In this document: positions 7,909-15,883 of the stretch, piece after piece
Layout of the letters: every line of letters begins with the position of its first letter
How positions within the stretch are numbered: the stretch's first letter is position 1
Assembly (NCBI RefSeq): GCF_014639255.1
Contig: NZ_BMFV01000013.1
Span: forward strand, 41,945 to 73,944
Origin: Pullulanibacillus pueri
GTDB taxonomy: Bacteria; Bacillota; Bacilli; Bacillales; Sporolactobacillaceae
Length of the DNA stretch: 32,000 nucleotides
Reading direction: 5' to 3'
Position numbers and translations under genes: made by a program
The notes under the pieces: generated by a model
Told to the model about the DNA's origin: nothing
Database searches by the model: none
What the model saw: only the letters and a program-made list of their open reading frames with translations

Positions 7909-8254
7909 GATTTCTGCTCCTCATAATGCAAATTTACCGACCCGCCTTTATTAAGTGCAGGCTTTAGTGTATTCAATTTATCATGAAACATGCGATATGA
8001 ACAGCAATTGGCATTAGGCTATCATTTGACCCTGCCTCATTGACCTATGCACCTTTTTTTATCTTCAAACGGGGCGTATCTAACACTCCCCGCTTCGCTA
8101 TGCACAGCCTAATGTTCAAGCATACACCCTCACACTTAAAGTTGTCGTTCAGTCTTTATGGAGGAGCCCAAAGATGTACGTCTTCCACAATCTAATATTT
8201 CTAACGTTTTAACCCTAAAGGAGCCGGCCGCAGCCTGCTCCTTCCTTTTATATC

Positions 8255-9328
8255 TTATATCTCCCAGTTCAGCTCGACTTCATGTCCTGTCCGTGACGAT
8301 TCAAAAATAGCATCAAGAACCAAATTCGTTTTTAGACCACTCATCGCTGAAGTCAACGGTTCTTTCCCCTCGCGAATACAGGATAAGAAATGTTGACTTA
8401 AGAGCACACGGTCTTCTTTATCATCGGTCCTTTTACCTTCAACATCAACCGCTTGATCGAACTTCTCAGTTAAGAGCTTGTAACCCTCACCGACTAATGA
8501 GGCCCCGCCCTCTGACCCCATCAAATGGATGAAGGGTTGATTATCACTATCCATATTCACAGCCCAGCTGACTTCTAAAGATAACGTCGACCCATCTTCC
8601 ATCTTGATCAAAGCCGTCGCTAAATCTTCAACATCATAAGTCCCTTGCCAATTCGGTGTTCCCCACGTCCCAATCCCTTTTTTCTTGGGACCAAATTCAG
8701 CATAGGTGGAACCGAAAACAGATACAGGTTTAGGATTACCCATGAGATATAAAGCGAGGTCGAGCATGTGAACACCGATATCGATAAGTGGTCCACCACC
8801 GGAGACCTCTTTTTGTGTAAACCAAGTCCCCCAGCCTGGAATCCCTTTACGACGCCACCAACCGGTCTTTGCATTATAGATCGTTCCAAGGGCACCGGCT
8901 TCAACCTGTTTTTTAATCGCTCTGGCTTGCCATTGCCAGCGCATCTGATGCCCGACCATGACAATTTTCCCTGCTTCTCTTTGTGCCCTTACAATCTCTT
9001 TAGCCGCTTCGGCGTTTATACCCATCGGCTTTTCAACAAGGACATGTTTACCTGCTTGGAGTGCTTGGACTGCCAGTGGCGCATGAAATTTATTCGGCAC
9101 ACCAATAATGACAGCATCCACCTCTTCATCTGCAAAAAGCTCTTCAGCAGTGGCATACACTTTAGGTATCTTATACTTAGATGCTGCCTTTTCAGCCAAT
9201 GGCAAATAGACATCAGTCACCGCAATGAATTCAGCTTCTTCTGGCAATTTACCAAATGTTTGCATATGCACATTCCCGATGGAGCCTGCACCCACCATAC
9301 CTAAACGAATTTTCTTTGGTTCTCCCAT
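8255..9328 (-). CDS. Gfo/Idh/MocA-family NAD(P)-dependent oxidoreductase
   Basis: Rossmann N-terminus IRLGMVGAGSIGNVH, then a VEKP motif. Start is set at the ATG at 9328 (MGEPKKIRLG...), 6 nt after GGAGGA. Confidence 0.9.
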   Translation of the reverse strand: MGEPKKIRLGMVGAGSIGNVHMQTFGKLPEEAEFIAVTDVYLPLAEKAASKYKIPKVYATAEELFADEEVDAVIIGVPNKFHAPLAVQALQAGKHVLVEKPMGINAEAAKEIVRAQREAGKIVMVGHQMRWQWQARAIKKQVEAGALGTIYNAKTGWWRRKGIPGWGTWFTQKEVSGGGPLIDIGVHMLDLALYLMGNPKPVSVFGSTYAEFGPKKKGIGTWGTPNWQGTYDVEDLATALIKMEDGSTLSLEVSWAVNMDSDNQPFIHLMGSEGGASLVGEGYKLLTEKFDQAVDVEGKRTDDKEDRVLLSQHFLSCIREGKEPLTSAMSGLKTNLVLDAIFESSRTGHEVELNWEI

Positions 9329-9357
9329 TTTTGTTCCTCCTCTGTCCTTAGGCATTC

Positions 9358-10164
9358 TTAGGCGTTAATTTCTTGCCACCAAGTACGCACACGCTCTAGA
9401 CTTTCCTTCGCTTCAGCACTTGGATCATAGATATGCGGCTCATGCTCTACAGTCATCGGCCCTGTGTAACCGATGGCCTTCAATGCTGCCATAACACCCT
9501 TAATATCAACGATCCCATCACCCAATGCACACGTATCATGAGCACCAACAGCTTTAACATCCTTCAAATGTACATGAACCAAGTGATCCTTTAAGTCATA
9601 CACGGCTTGGACGGCATCATAGCCTTGGGTTGCAAACCAACCCGTATCAAGAGCCGAACCGACCCATGGTGAAAACGTGGCCACTTTATTAATAACATCT
9701 TGAGGTGTTTTCTCCGGATGATTCTCCAGACCTACATAAATGCCATATTCCTCAGCTAAGGGACGAACGACTGGCCCATTATCAGGATGGAAACCTTGCG
9801 CTAAAACAGGGGCACCAATAGCCTTCGCGGTTTCTAATGTTCGCCTTACTTCTTCTTCTGTCACGCCAGGTGCTCCAAAACCTGCCGTATAGGAAATCAC
9901 ATCCACCCCATACCTTTTTAAAATAGCATTCGCCTCTTCTATCATTTTAGGTGTCGCCTTAAGCGGATCAAGATGAGCAATCCATAATTCAATAGCGTCA
10001 AAGCCTAGTCCTTTAATTGTCGAAATAAGTTCTTCAAACTTCGTAGAGAACTGGTCTCCGTGGAAAGCCTCGAATGTTGCTTGGTGGCATTTCCCCCAAT
10101 CTAAACTATCTGTATAATTTAATTCTCTTGCCACATAATTTGCCGTCATAAACGCAAACTTCAT
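9358..10164 (-). CDS. Sugar phosphate isomerase/epimerase (xylose-isomerase-like TIM barrel, AP endonuclease 2 fold)
   Basis: 268 aa of the typical family size and composition (FDAIELW, GLENHP, HVHLKD motifs). GGAGG RBS. It is separated from the downstream oxidoreductase gene by 29 nt. Confidence 0.8.
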   Translation of the reverse strand: MKFAFMTANYVARELNYTDSLDWGKCHQATFEAFHGDQFSTKFEELISTIKGLGFDAIELWIAHLDPLKATPKMIEEANAILKRYGVDVISYTAGFGAPGVTEEEVRRTLETAKAIGAPVLAQGFHPDNGPVVRPLAEEYGIYVGLENHPEKTPQDVINKVATFSPWVGSALDTGWFATQGYDAVQAVYDLKDHLVHVHLKDVKAVGAHDTCALGDGIVDIKGVMAALKAIGYTGPMTVEHEPHIYDPSAEAKESLERVRTWWQEINA

Positions 10165-10390
10165 TAGCCTTACCTCCTTCTTAAACTCAATTAATAGTTA
10201 ACCGCTTTCATAAGTCTCCCTCTTATACTTTAATGGAGGGCACCGCTCCTAAAATACTTGATGCGTATAGAGATATTTCAGCATTCTCTAAAATCTCGTA
10301 CCACTTTATGATAAACTAACTGTAATTATAAAGCGCGACAGATTTTCAGAGATATATCTCATTTTTTCATTAGAGGAGTTCGATGTCTCT

Positions 10391-11281
10391 ATGACCCTAA
10401 TCCCAATATCACTTTCAAACTATCCTAATATTGATAGTGGATTTCCTTTTCATCTATCCATCAATAAGATTAATCACTATTTCCCGCCTCACCGTCACGA
10501 TTTTCTTGAGTTTTCTTTAGTGCTTGAGGGCGAGGGCAGAGAAGTGATTAATGGGGCAACGCATGCCCTGCTTCCGGGTACTTTTACTTTTGTTTCACCT
10601 TATCAAATCCATGAAATCCATGCCCATAACGCTAAGCCACTCACCTTGTACAATTGTAACTTCGATTTAGATCTCATCATGGATGCCAATAAAAAAGACA
10701 GTGGACTGACGAGCCTTCTCTACAATGGCATGGGTACAGAAGAGCGTCCTTCCTTTATACAACTCAATCAAACCCAATTTGCAACCATGAAGGACATTTT
10801 AGATTCTATCTATCAAGAATACCAATCTGAAGAAGAGTGGCGCAGCCTCCTAATTAAAGCCAAGGTGATTGAAATTCTGATCCTGTTTGACCGCTTTAGG
10901 CAATCACGTTCCCAAAAAACAGCTGTTGAGTCTATAAAGAATAGTGGGATGATCTGGCCCATTGTGCATTACATCCATACCCATCATGATGAAAATATCA
11001 CTTTAGGCCATCTAGCAAAGCTTTTTAATCTCAGTGTGCCTTATTTAAGTGAGCAGTTTAAAAAATTCGTCGGTCTTAATTTTGTTAGCTTTTTGCATGA
11101 AGTTCGCATTCGTCATGCCTGCAGCCTGCTTTTATCAACTGACCTTTCTATCGCAGACGTTTCCGTTGAAGTAGGCTATCAATCCTTTAAAACCTTTTCC
11201 CGCGTGTTCAGGCAAAAAAAGGGCATGACACCGACCACTTTTCGCAAAAAGAAGGCCTCTCTGGAGCATTATTCTTTATAA
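10391..11281 (+). CDS. AraC-family transcriptional regulator (cupin sensor domain plus HTH_18)
   Basis: N-terminal cupin-like region (HRHDFLEFSLVLEGEG), then a C-terminal AraC double HTH (ITLGHLAKLFNLSVPYLSEQFKK...GYQSFKTFSRVFRQKKGMTPTTFR). It is divergent from 10164-8255. Confidence 0.9.
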   Translation: MTLIPISLSNYPNIDSGFPFHLSINKINHYFPPHRHDFLEFSLVLEGEGREVINGATHALLPGTFTFVSPYQIHEIHAHNAKPLTLYNCNFDLDLIMDANKKDSGLTSLLYNGMGTEERPSFIQLNQTQFATMKDILDSIYQEYQSEEEWRSLLIKAKVIEILILFDRFRQSRSQKTAVESIKNSGMIWPIVHYIHTHHDENITLGHLAKLFNLSVPYLSEQFKKFVGLNFVSFLHEVRIRHACSLLLSTDLSIADVSVEVGYQSFKTFSRVFRQKKGMTPTTFRKKKASLEHYSL

Positions 11282-11479
11282 GGATCTTTATAAAGAATAA
11301 CTTAGCTTGTACTTCCCGCATTGCTAAGCACAGCTGACGTTCAAGCCCAATTCCTTAAAACCAGACTGAAAAATTATAAAAACTACCATTTAATGCAAGA
11401 TTGATATAGATTCCGACGTAAATTCGATCGGCGTTGGCATCTCATACCTTACTTTATTTGGTGCTAAATTACCGCTTCA

Positions 11480-11586
11480 GCAGAATACTTCGCTTTCCGT
11501 GGGCACGGCTTCAGCCTCCTCACGGACACCCCACCGCTGCGGGTCTTCAGACACGTGCTGTTCCCACAGGAGTCTACGTATTCTGC
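11480..11586 (+). repeat. Structured intergenic repeat, core unit (copy C-L)
   Basis: The unit is closed by a perfect 9-bp pairing GCAGAATAC/GTATTCTGC. It contains the boxes CGCTTTCCGTGGGCACGGCTTCAGC and GGGTCTTCAGACACGTGCTGTTCCCACAGGAGTCT. Confidence 0.7.
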
Positions 11587-11738
11587 CTACGCTAAGTAAG
11601 ATTGTTTTTGAGTTCACGATTCATATCAAACGAAGGAAATACGCAAGAACCGTGTGAGAGAAAGGCAGGAGGTGACAACGCTAATTCTACCAACATTAAA
11701 ACCAGTTAAGAAAAGCATCGACAGCAATCCAGTGGATT

Positions 11739-11861
11739 GGAGCGTAAGGCGCGAGACTCCTTCGGGAACAGCACGTGTCCGAAGATCCACTTGGGAAACC
11801 CATTAATCCATTCCCAAGTTAGCTGAGGCCGTGCCCGAGGAAAGCGAGCGACCTGAAGCTC
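11739..11861 (-). repeat. Structured intergenic repeat, core unit (copy C-R, inverted relative to C-L)
   Basis: The reverse complement reads CGCTTTCCTCGGGCACGGCCTCAGC...GGATCTTCGGACACGTGCTGTTCCCGAAGGAGTCT. The apical hairpin is ACTTGGGAA/TTCCCAAGT (11789-11797 / 11811-11819). Confidence 0.7.
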
Positions 11862-12004
11862 AAATCCACACCATAAGCAAGCAGTAATCACTTGTGAACT
11901 CTTAGCTTAATAGTTACGTCGCAATTTCCTTCAACTACGAAAATTGATGGCCTTGAGAGTATCTGCGCTTTTCAAGAAAAAACCCTTGCATTAAATAATA
12001 GAAA

Positions 12005-12069
12005 CAAAAAATCGCTCCAGTTGTATCATTTAAACTACGGACAAAACGATACAAAGGAACGATTTTTTA
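12005..12069 (-). terminator. Long imperfect hairpin terminator after the tetM-like gene (T-runs on both strands)
   Basis: ATCGCTCCAGTTGTATC (12011-12027) pairs with GATACAAAGGAACGAT (12048-12063). The hairpin is flanked by A6 and T6. Confidence 0.6.
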
Positions 12070-12075
12070 TTTGCT

Positions 12076-14040
12076 TTATTTTAACGCGTTTCGAACAGAG
12101 AGAATATACTTCGACTGATCAAGCGGATTGACGCCGATTCTTGGTCTGGTAGCCTCCACATCGGGAGGACACTCTTGATAGCCCTTAAACTGGGTTTTAA
12201 GTGTTCCTCTTCCTTTCGTCAATGAGCCTAGACGTGCAGGAAAATCAAGTGAGGTGGCAACTGGGAGACTCCCGCTGAGTTCCATACGGCCATTGTTCAC
12301 TTTAGGCGTGTCAAAGGTTCCTCGCATTTGTATGAGCTCATTCATGAGTTTCCCACTAAAAGTTTCAGGTGTTGTCAGTTTAAAATGGAGTATGGGTTCC
12401 AAAAGCTTCGTCCCTACATTTGCCAAGCCATCCATGATTCCCATAGGTGTCGCTACCACAAAATCTAAAGGATGGGTATGCATAACATGGTGCTCTCCTG
12501 CCACGAGCGTCACCTTAAGATCCGTCACTTCCCAACCATACAGCCCTTGCTTGAGTGCTTCAGGGACTGTTCTTGCTACCTCATTTTGATAGCGCTCAAG
12601 AATATCTTCTTTCCTTACAATTGAATGGTAGCTAATGCCACTCCCCCGTTCCCCAGGTTCAATTTTAAATCTTAAAACAGCCCAACATGGTTTAGGCATC
12701 GTATAAGCAATAAATCCTTCCCCGGAGGTCTTCGGTGTTTCTTGATAAATGACGGAGGGTTTGCCAAAAGAAATATCGAGATTAAAACGACTTTTAACAA
12801 GCTGAACGAGGATCTCCATTTGAATACTTCCCATTACTTTTAAGTGCAATTCTCGTTTTTCCTTTATCCATTGGAGACCAAGGAGTGGATCTTCATCGGT
12901 CAACATTTGTAAGGCTTCAACCACTTTAGTATAGTTATCTTCATTTTCCCACATCACTTGTACGGTTAATAAAGGTACACCAAGGGATCTCATTGTAGGG
13001 ACACCATCAGCGGAACCGATAATGTCACCAATCTTGGCCTCACTCCAGCCATACACGGCGGCAATATCTCCAGCTTCAAGTTTACCAATGTCTTGCGCTT
13101 TATTCCCTTCTATTCTACGAATCTGGGTAACTTTTTCCTCAATCCCCCGTGAGAGATTATAAACATTTTCCCTGTTCTCGATTTTTCCTTTATAGAGACG
13201 AACATAGGAGACCTTTCCCATGGTTTCGTCTCTTTCCATTTTAAAAATAATGCCAGAAACCGGAGCGTTGGTGAGGATTTCTGGTTTTGGAAAAAAGTTC
13301 ACAATGGCATCCATAAGCTCCGTAATCCCTATTCCTTGATTCGAAGCACCAAACAAGACAGGGAAGACAGTGGTTTCCCGAACCCTTTGAATGAGTTCCG
13401 GGAGCATTTCCGAAGCCTGAAGCGTTCCCTTTTCAAGATAATTGGCCATTAGGGTTTCGTTTTCCTCAGCTAGGGACTCCATTAATTCTATTTGATAGGG
13501 ATTTAGAGTGGCATCAAGAGACATGCCTTCATCTAAAAGATCCATCACGCCTGAAAAGGTTCTTTCTTCTCCACATGGCGCTTGTATCGGTAAAGCCTCT
13601 CTTGTGAGGTGCTGCTCGATTTCTGATAAAACGCGGCTAGGATCGGCTCCAACACGATCCATTTTATTCATATAAATGAATGTAGGGATATGTAAGTCAC
13701 GAAGCGCTTGCCACACCACTTCGGTCTGAGCTTGAACGCCTTCTACTGCCGAAACAATAAGAATGGCGCCATCCATAATATGTAATGCTCGTTCAACTTC
13801 CGCTATAAAATCGACATGACCAGGTGTATCGACAAGATTTATCCACTGATCCTTCCAATTAAAACGCGTCACTGCTGATTTAATAGAGATCCCTCTATTG
13901 CGCTCCACTTCAAGCCAGTCGGTTTGAGTTGTTCCTGTATCAACACTTCCAAGGCTACGAATTTTCCCACTTCGATAAAGTATCTGCTCTGTCGTTGTCG
14001 TTTTCCCTGCATCAACATGAGCAAAAAGACCAATGTTCAC
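12076..14040 (-). CDS. Ribosomal-protection-type translational GTPase, Tet(M)/Tet(O)/Tet(W) family (EF-G-like)
   Basis: 654 aa. G1 AHVDAGKTT, GSVDTGTTQTD, G3 DTPGH, GVQAQT, G4 NKMD. Domain length matches the RPP family (about 640-660 aa) rather than EF-G. GTG start at 14040, 7 nt after GAGGGGAG. Confidence 0.85.
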   Translation of the reverse strand: MNIGLFAHVDAGKTTTTEQILYRSGKIRSLGSVDTGTTQTDWLEVERNRGISIKSAVTRFNWKDQWINLVDTPGHVDFIAEVERALHIMDGAILIVSAVEGVQAQTEVVWQALRDLHIPTFIYMNKMDRVGADPSRVLSEIEQHLTREALPIQAPCGEERTFSGVMDLLDEGMSLDATLNPYQIELMESLAEENETLMANYLEKGTLQASEMLPELIQRVRETTVFPVLFGASNQGIGITELMDAIVNFFPKPEILTNAPVSGIIFKMERDETMGKVSYVRLYKGKIENRENVYNLSRGIEEKVTQIRRIEGNKAQDIGKLEAGDIAAVYGWSEAKIGDIIGSADGVPTMRSLGVPLLTVQVMWENEDNYTKVVEALQMLTDEDPLLGLQWIKEKRELHLKVMGSIQMEILVQLVKSRFNLDISFGKPSVIYQETPKTSGEGFIAYTMPKPCWAVLRFKIEPGERGSGISYHSIVRKEDILERYQNEVARTVPEALKQGLYGWEVTDLKVTLVAGEHHVMHTHPLDFVVATPMGIMDGLANVGTKLLEPILHFKLTTPETFSGKLMNELIQMRGTFDTPKVNNGRMELSGSLPVATSLDFPARLGSLTKGRGTLKTQFKGYQECPPDVEATRPRIGVNPLDQSKYILSVRNALK

Positions 14041-14083
14041 CCTGCTTCTCCCCTCTTCATCCTCCGTTTAACAAGCTCTCTTC

Positions 14084-14092
14084 ATTATAACA
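14084..14092 (-). promoter_or_regulatory. Extended -10 promoter element of the tetM-like gene
   Basis: The minus strand reads TGTTATAAT (TGnTATAAT) about 45 nt upstream of the GTG start. The -35 is weak (TTGTTA at a 19-nt spacing). Confidence 0.45.
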
Positions 14093-14110
14093 TGGACCTA
14101 GAAAATCATA

Positions 14111-14170
14111 ACAAGTAGACGCGGAAACAAGGCATTCATAGCCTAAATTCTTTAGAAACACACACAAAAT
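14111..14170. repeat. Repeat module shared with 15459-15529
   Basis: ACAAGTAGACGC matches 12/12. The rest aligns patchily: ..GGAAACAAGG..ATAGCCTAAA..TTTAGAAACACACA..CAAAAT against ..GGAACAGGGG..GTAGCATAAA..TTTGGAACACACA..CCAAAAT. Confidence 0.5.
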
Positions 14171-14248
14171 GGGCAGCATGGTGTGGCGATTAACATCTTC
14201 TATCTTAATGACAACCCGAATTTTCCCTATTCCCTTTTTTAAAAAAGA

Positions 14249-15223
14249 TTAAGATTTAAACCATCCTTTTTTAATAAACCAGGTGATCATCCCAACGGCA
14301 ATCACCAGCATACAAATCATGATCCCATAATAACCAAAATGCCAATGCAGTTCTGGCATATTATCGAAATTCATCCCATAAACGCCGACAATAAAGGTGA
14401 GTGGAATAAAAATGGAGGATATAACCGTTAGCGTCATCATGATTGAATTCATGCGATTGGAGTTCAGTGAAAAATAACTATCGCGCATATCCGCCGTCAT
14501 TTCACGGCTAGAATCAATAATTTCAGTCAGCCGAATAAGGTGATCGTAAATATCATTAAAATAGACTTTTCGCTCCTTTACTTCTTGCAAGCGTTCAGAA
14601 TTCAACATCCGATAAACAAGCTCGCGCGTGGATTGGAAGGAGCGCCGTAGTTTTATCAGATCCTTACGCATGTCAAAAATTTGATCAATCAGATCACCTT
14701 TTACACGGTCTTCAAGTTCGTCCTCCAAATCATTTAACGCATCTTCAATCTGATATGCAGCTGGAAAGTACATGTCCACAATTTTATCGAAAATAAAGTA
14801 CAATAATTGCGCAGGAGAGTTCACTTGTCTCGACACAAGGATGCTGTTCCAAACCTCTTCAATTTCGACCACGGGTTCCTGATGAAAGGTGACCAAAAAA
14901 CGTTCAGAAACGAACAGATCCACCTCTTCTGAATCTAAAGTCTCCTGATTTAAAGAGTGTAAAACATAAAAATTATAGCCATCATAATAATCCAGTTTTG
15001 GTCGCTGCAAATAGTGCAAGCAGTCTTCAATCGCGAGCGGATGAAAATGAAAGACATCGCTTAGTATGGCAATCTCTTCCTTATTAGGTGCCAAAAAATC
15101 GACCCAAACCCATTGGTAGTCGTCTATATTCTTTAAGTATTTACCAATATCTTCATACTGGTCGACTTCCCCTCTATCTGTCATCAGTTTGATCAAAGCC
15201 CTCTCCACCTTTATGTATTTCAT
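14249..15223 (-). CDS. corA: Magnesium/cobalt transporter CorA
   Basis: 324 aa with an acidic cytoplasmic domain and two C-terminal TM helices that carry the signature YGMNFDNMPE. Confidence 0.92.
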   Translation of the reverse strand: MKYIKVERALIKLMTDRGEVDQYEDIGKYLKNIDDYQWVWVDFLAPNKEEIAILSDVFHFHPLAIEDCLHYLQRPKLDYYDGYNFYVLHSLNQETLDSEEVDLFVSERFLVTFHQEPVVEIEEVWNSILVSRQVNSPAQLLYFIFDKIVDMYFPAAYQIEDALNDLEDELEDRVKGDLIDQIFDMRKDLIKLRRSFQSTRELVYRMLNSERLQEVKERKVYFNDIYDHLIRLTEIIDSSREMTADMRDSYFSLNSNRMNSIMMTLTVISSIFIPLTFIVGVYGMNFDNMPELHWHFGYYGIMICMLVIAVGMITWFIKKGWFKS

Positions 15224-15290
15224 TCGTACCTTTTATATTTCCTCTTAACCAAAGGTTTAAACAAAAAATCATGCCTATGTCTGTTTTCAA

Positions 15291-15326
15291 CTTTTAATAA
15301 AAACCGGGCAAAGCCGGTCTTTATTA
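15291..15326 (-). terminator. Terminator-like hairpin about 70 nt upstream of the corA start
   Basis: On the minus strand, AAAGACCGG ctttgc CCGGTTTTTATTAAAAG. The 5-bp GC stem is extended by A/T pairs, and a T5 run follows. Confidence 0.4.
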
Positions 15327-15363
15327 AAAGACCTAAAAAGTTTTAATCCCAACACAGATGGAT

Positions 15364-15456
15364 GGAGCGAAAGACGCTCTGGCTCCTTCGGGAACGGGAC
15401 CAGCGCTACTTCACGAATAAACTTCGAGTTGTTCCGAGAAAGCTGACTACGAAGCG
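15364..15456 (-). repeat. Structured intergenic repeat, core unit (copy D1)
   Basis: GGAGCGAAAGACGCTCTGGCTCCTTCGGGAAC...GTTCCGAGAAAGCTGACTACGAAGCG. It is roughly 85 percent identical by hand alignment to 25038-25114. It is homologous to C-R through the CTCCTTCGGGAAC and CCGAG(G)AAAGC boxes. Confidence 0.65.
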
Positions 15457-15458
15457 AT

Positions 15459-15529
15459 ACAAGTAGACGCAGGAACAGGGGTTTTGTAGCATAAAGACTT
15501 TGGAACACACAGATATCCAATTCCAAAAT
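15459..15529. repeat. Repeat module shared with 14111-14170
   Basis: See the entry for 14111-14170. The CCAAAATG(T/C) end is also found at 24932-24945. Confidence 0.5.
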
Positions 15530-15580
15530 GTGCTGAGGTCACTAAGGACGATCGGCTAAATGCGTCACGTCATTAAGGAA

Positions 15581-15620
15581 CTTCGACTAAAAGCGTCACA
15601 TCCGTGTGACAACGTCGAAG
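15581..15620. other. Two-tier hairpin
   Basis: Outer stem CTTCGAC/GTCGAAG (7 bp). Inner stem GTCACA tccg TGTGAC (6 bp with a tetraloop). Confidence 0.6.
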
Positions 15621-15635
15621 CTAGCACATCAACCA

Positions 15636-15664
15636 CCCCAAAAAGTAAAAAGTACTTTTTGGGG
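15636..15664. other. Perfect 12-bp hairpin
   Basis: CCCCAAAAAGTA aaaag TACTTTTTGGGG. Confidence 0.65.
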
Positions 15665-15693
15665 ACCCCGATGGTGCGTCGAACGCCGACCCT

Positions 15694-15883
15694 ACCCACT
15701 TCGTGTGGGCATGAGGAAAGCGAGCGTTCTGAAGCGGAAATCCACTCCATCCTGGTGAACAGAATTTTATACATTCTTATTCTTTTAGAAAACTTGGCTT
15801 GTCTCCAAGCGTTAATGCGACTAGCCAAAGTTGCACATATAAGGTCCCTTGATAACTTACATTCTGATGTTATAAAGAAAAAG
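15694..15883 (-). repeat. Half core unit plus tail module of the repeat family (copy D2)
   Basis: CCCACTTCGTGTGGGCATGAGGAAAGCGAGCGTTCTGAAGCGGAAATCCACTCCATCCTGGTGAAC matches 25090-25150 and 11830-11875. The tail at 15781-15883 matches 7061-7157. Confidence 0.6.

Noticed and set aside
11667-11675. AGGAGGTGA, a Shine-Dalgarno-like sequence in the centre of the inverted structure, possibly starting a small gene
   Set aside because: There is no start codon at a usable distance. The only option is the GTG inside the motif itself, which gives a 47-codon frame running into the repeat.
11706-11891. 61-aa ORF on the minus strand in the araC/tetM-like intergenic region
   Set aside because: It lies entirely inside a repeat unit whose other copies carry indels and different frames. 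There is no RBS, and the composition is typical of a translated GC-rich hairpin.
11388-11986. MITE or IS interpretation of the 600-bp inverted structure
   Set aside because: The terminal 12-bp inverted repeats are exact, but I see no flanking target-site duplication (..CTACC | ... | AATAG..) and no transposase. The arms differ by large indels. I keep it as a repeat of unknown nature.
15224-15560. M-box or other Mg2+ riboswitch upstream of corA
   Set aside because: I compared the minus-strand sequence with what I recall of the ykoK/M-box core and found no match. The region is explained by repeat modules instead.
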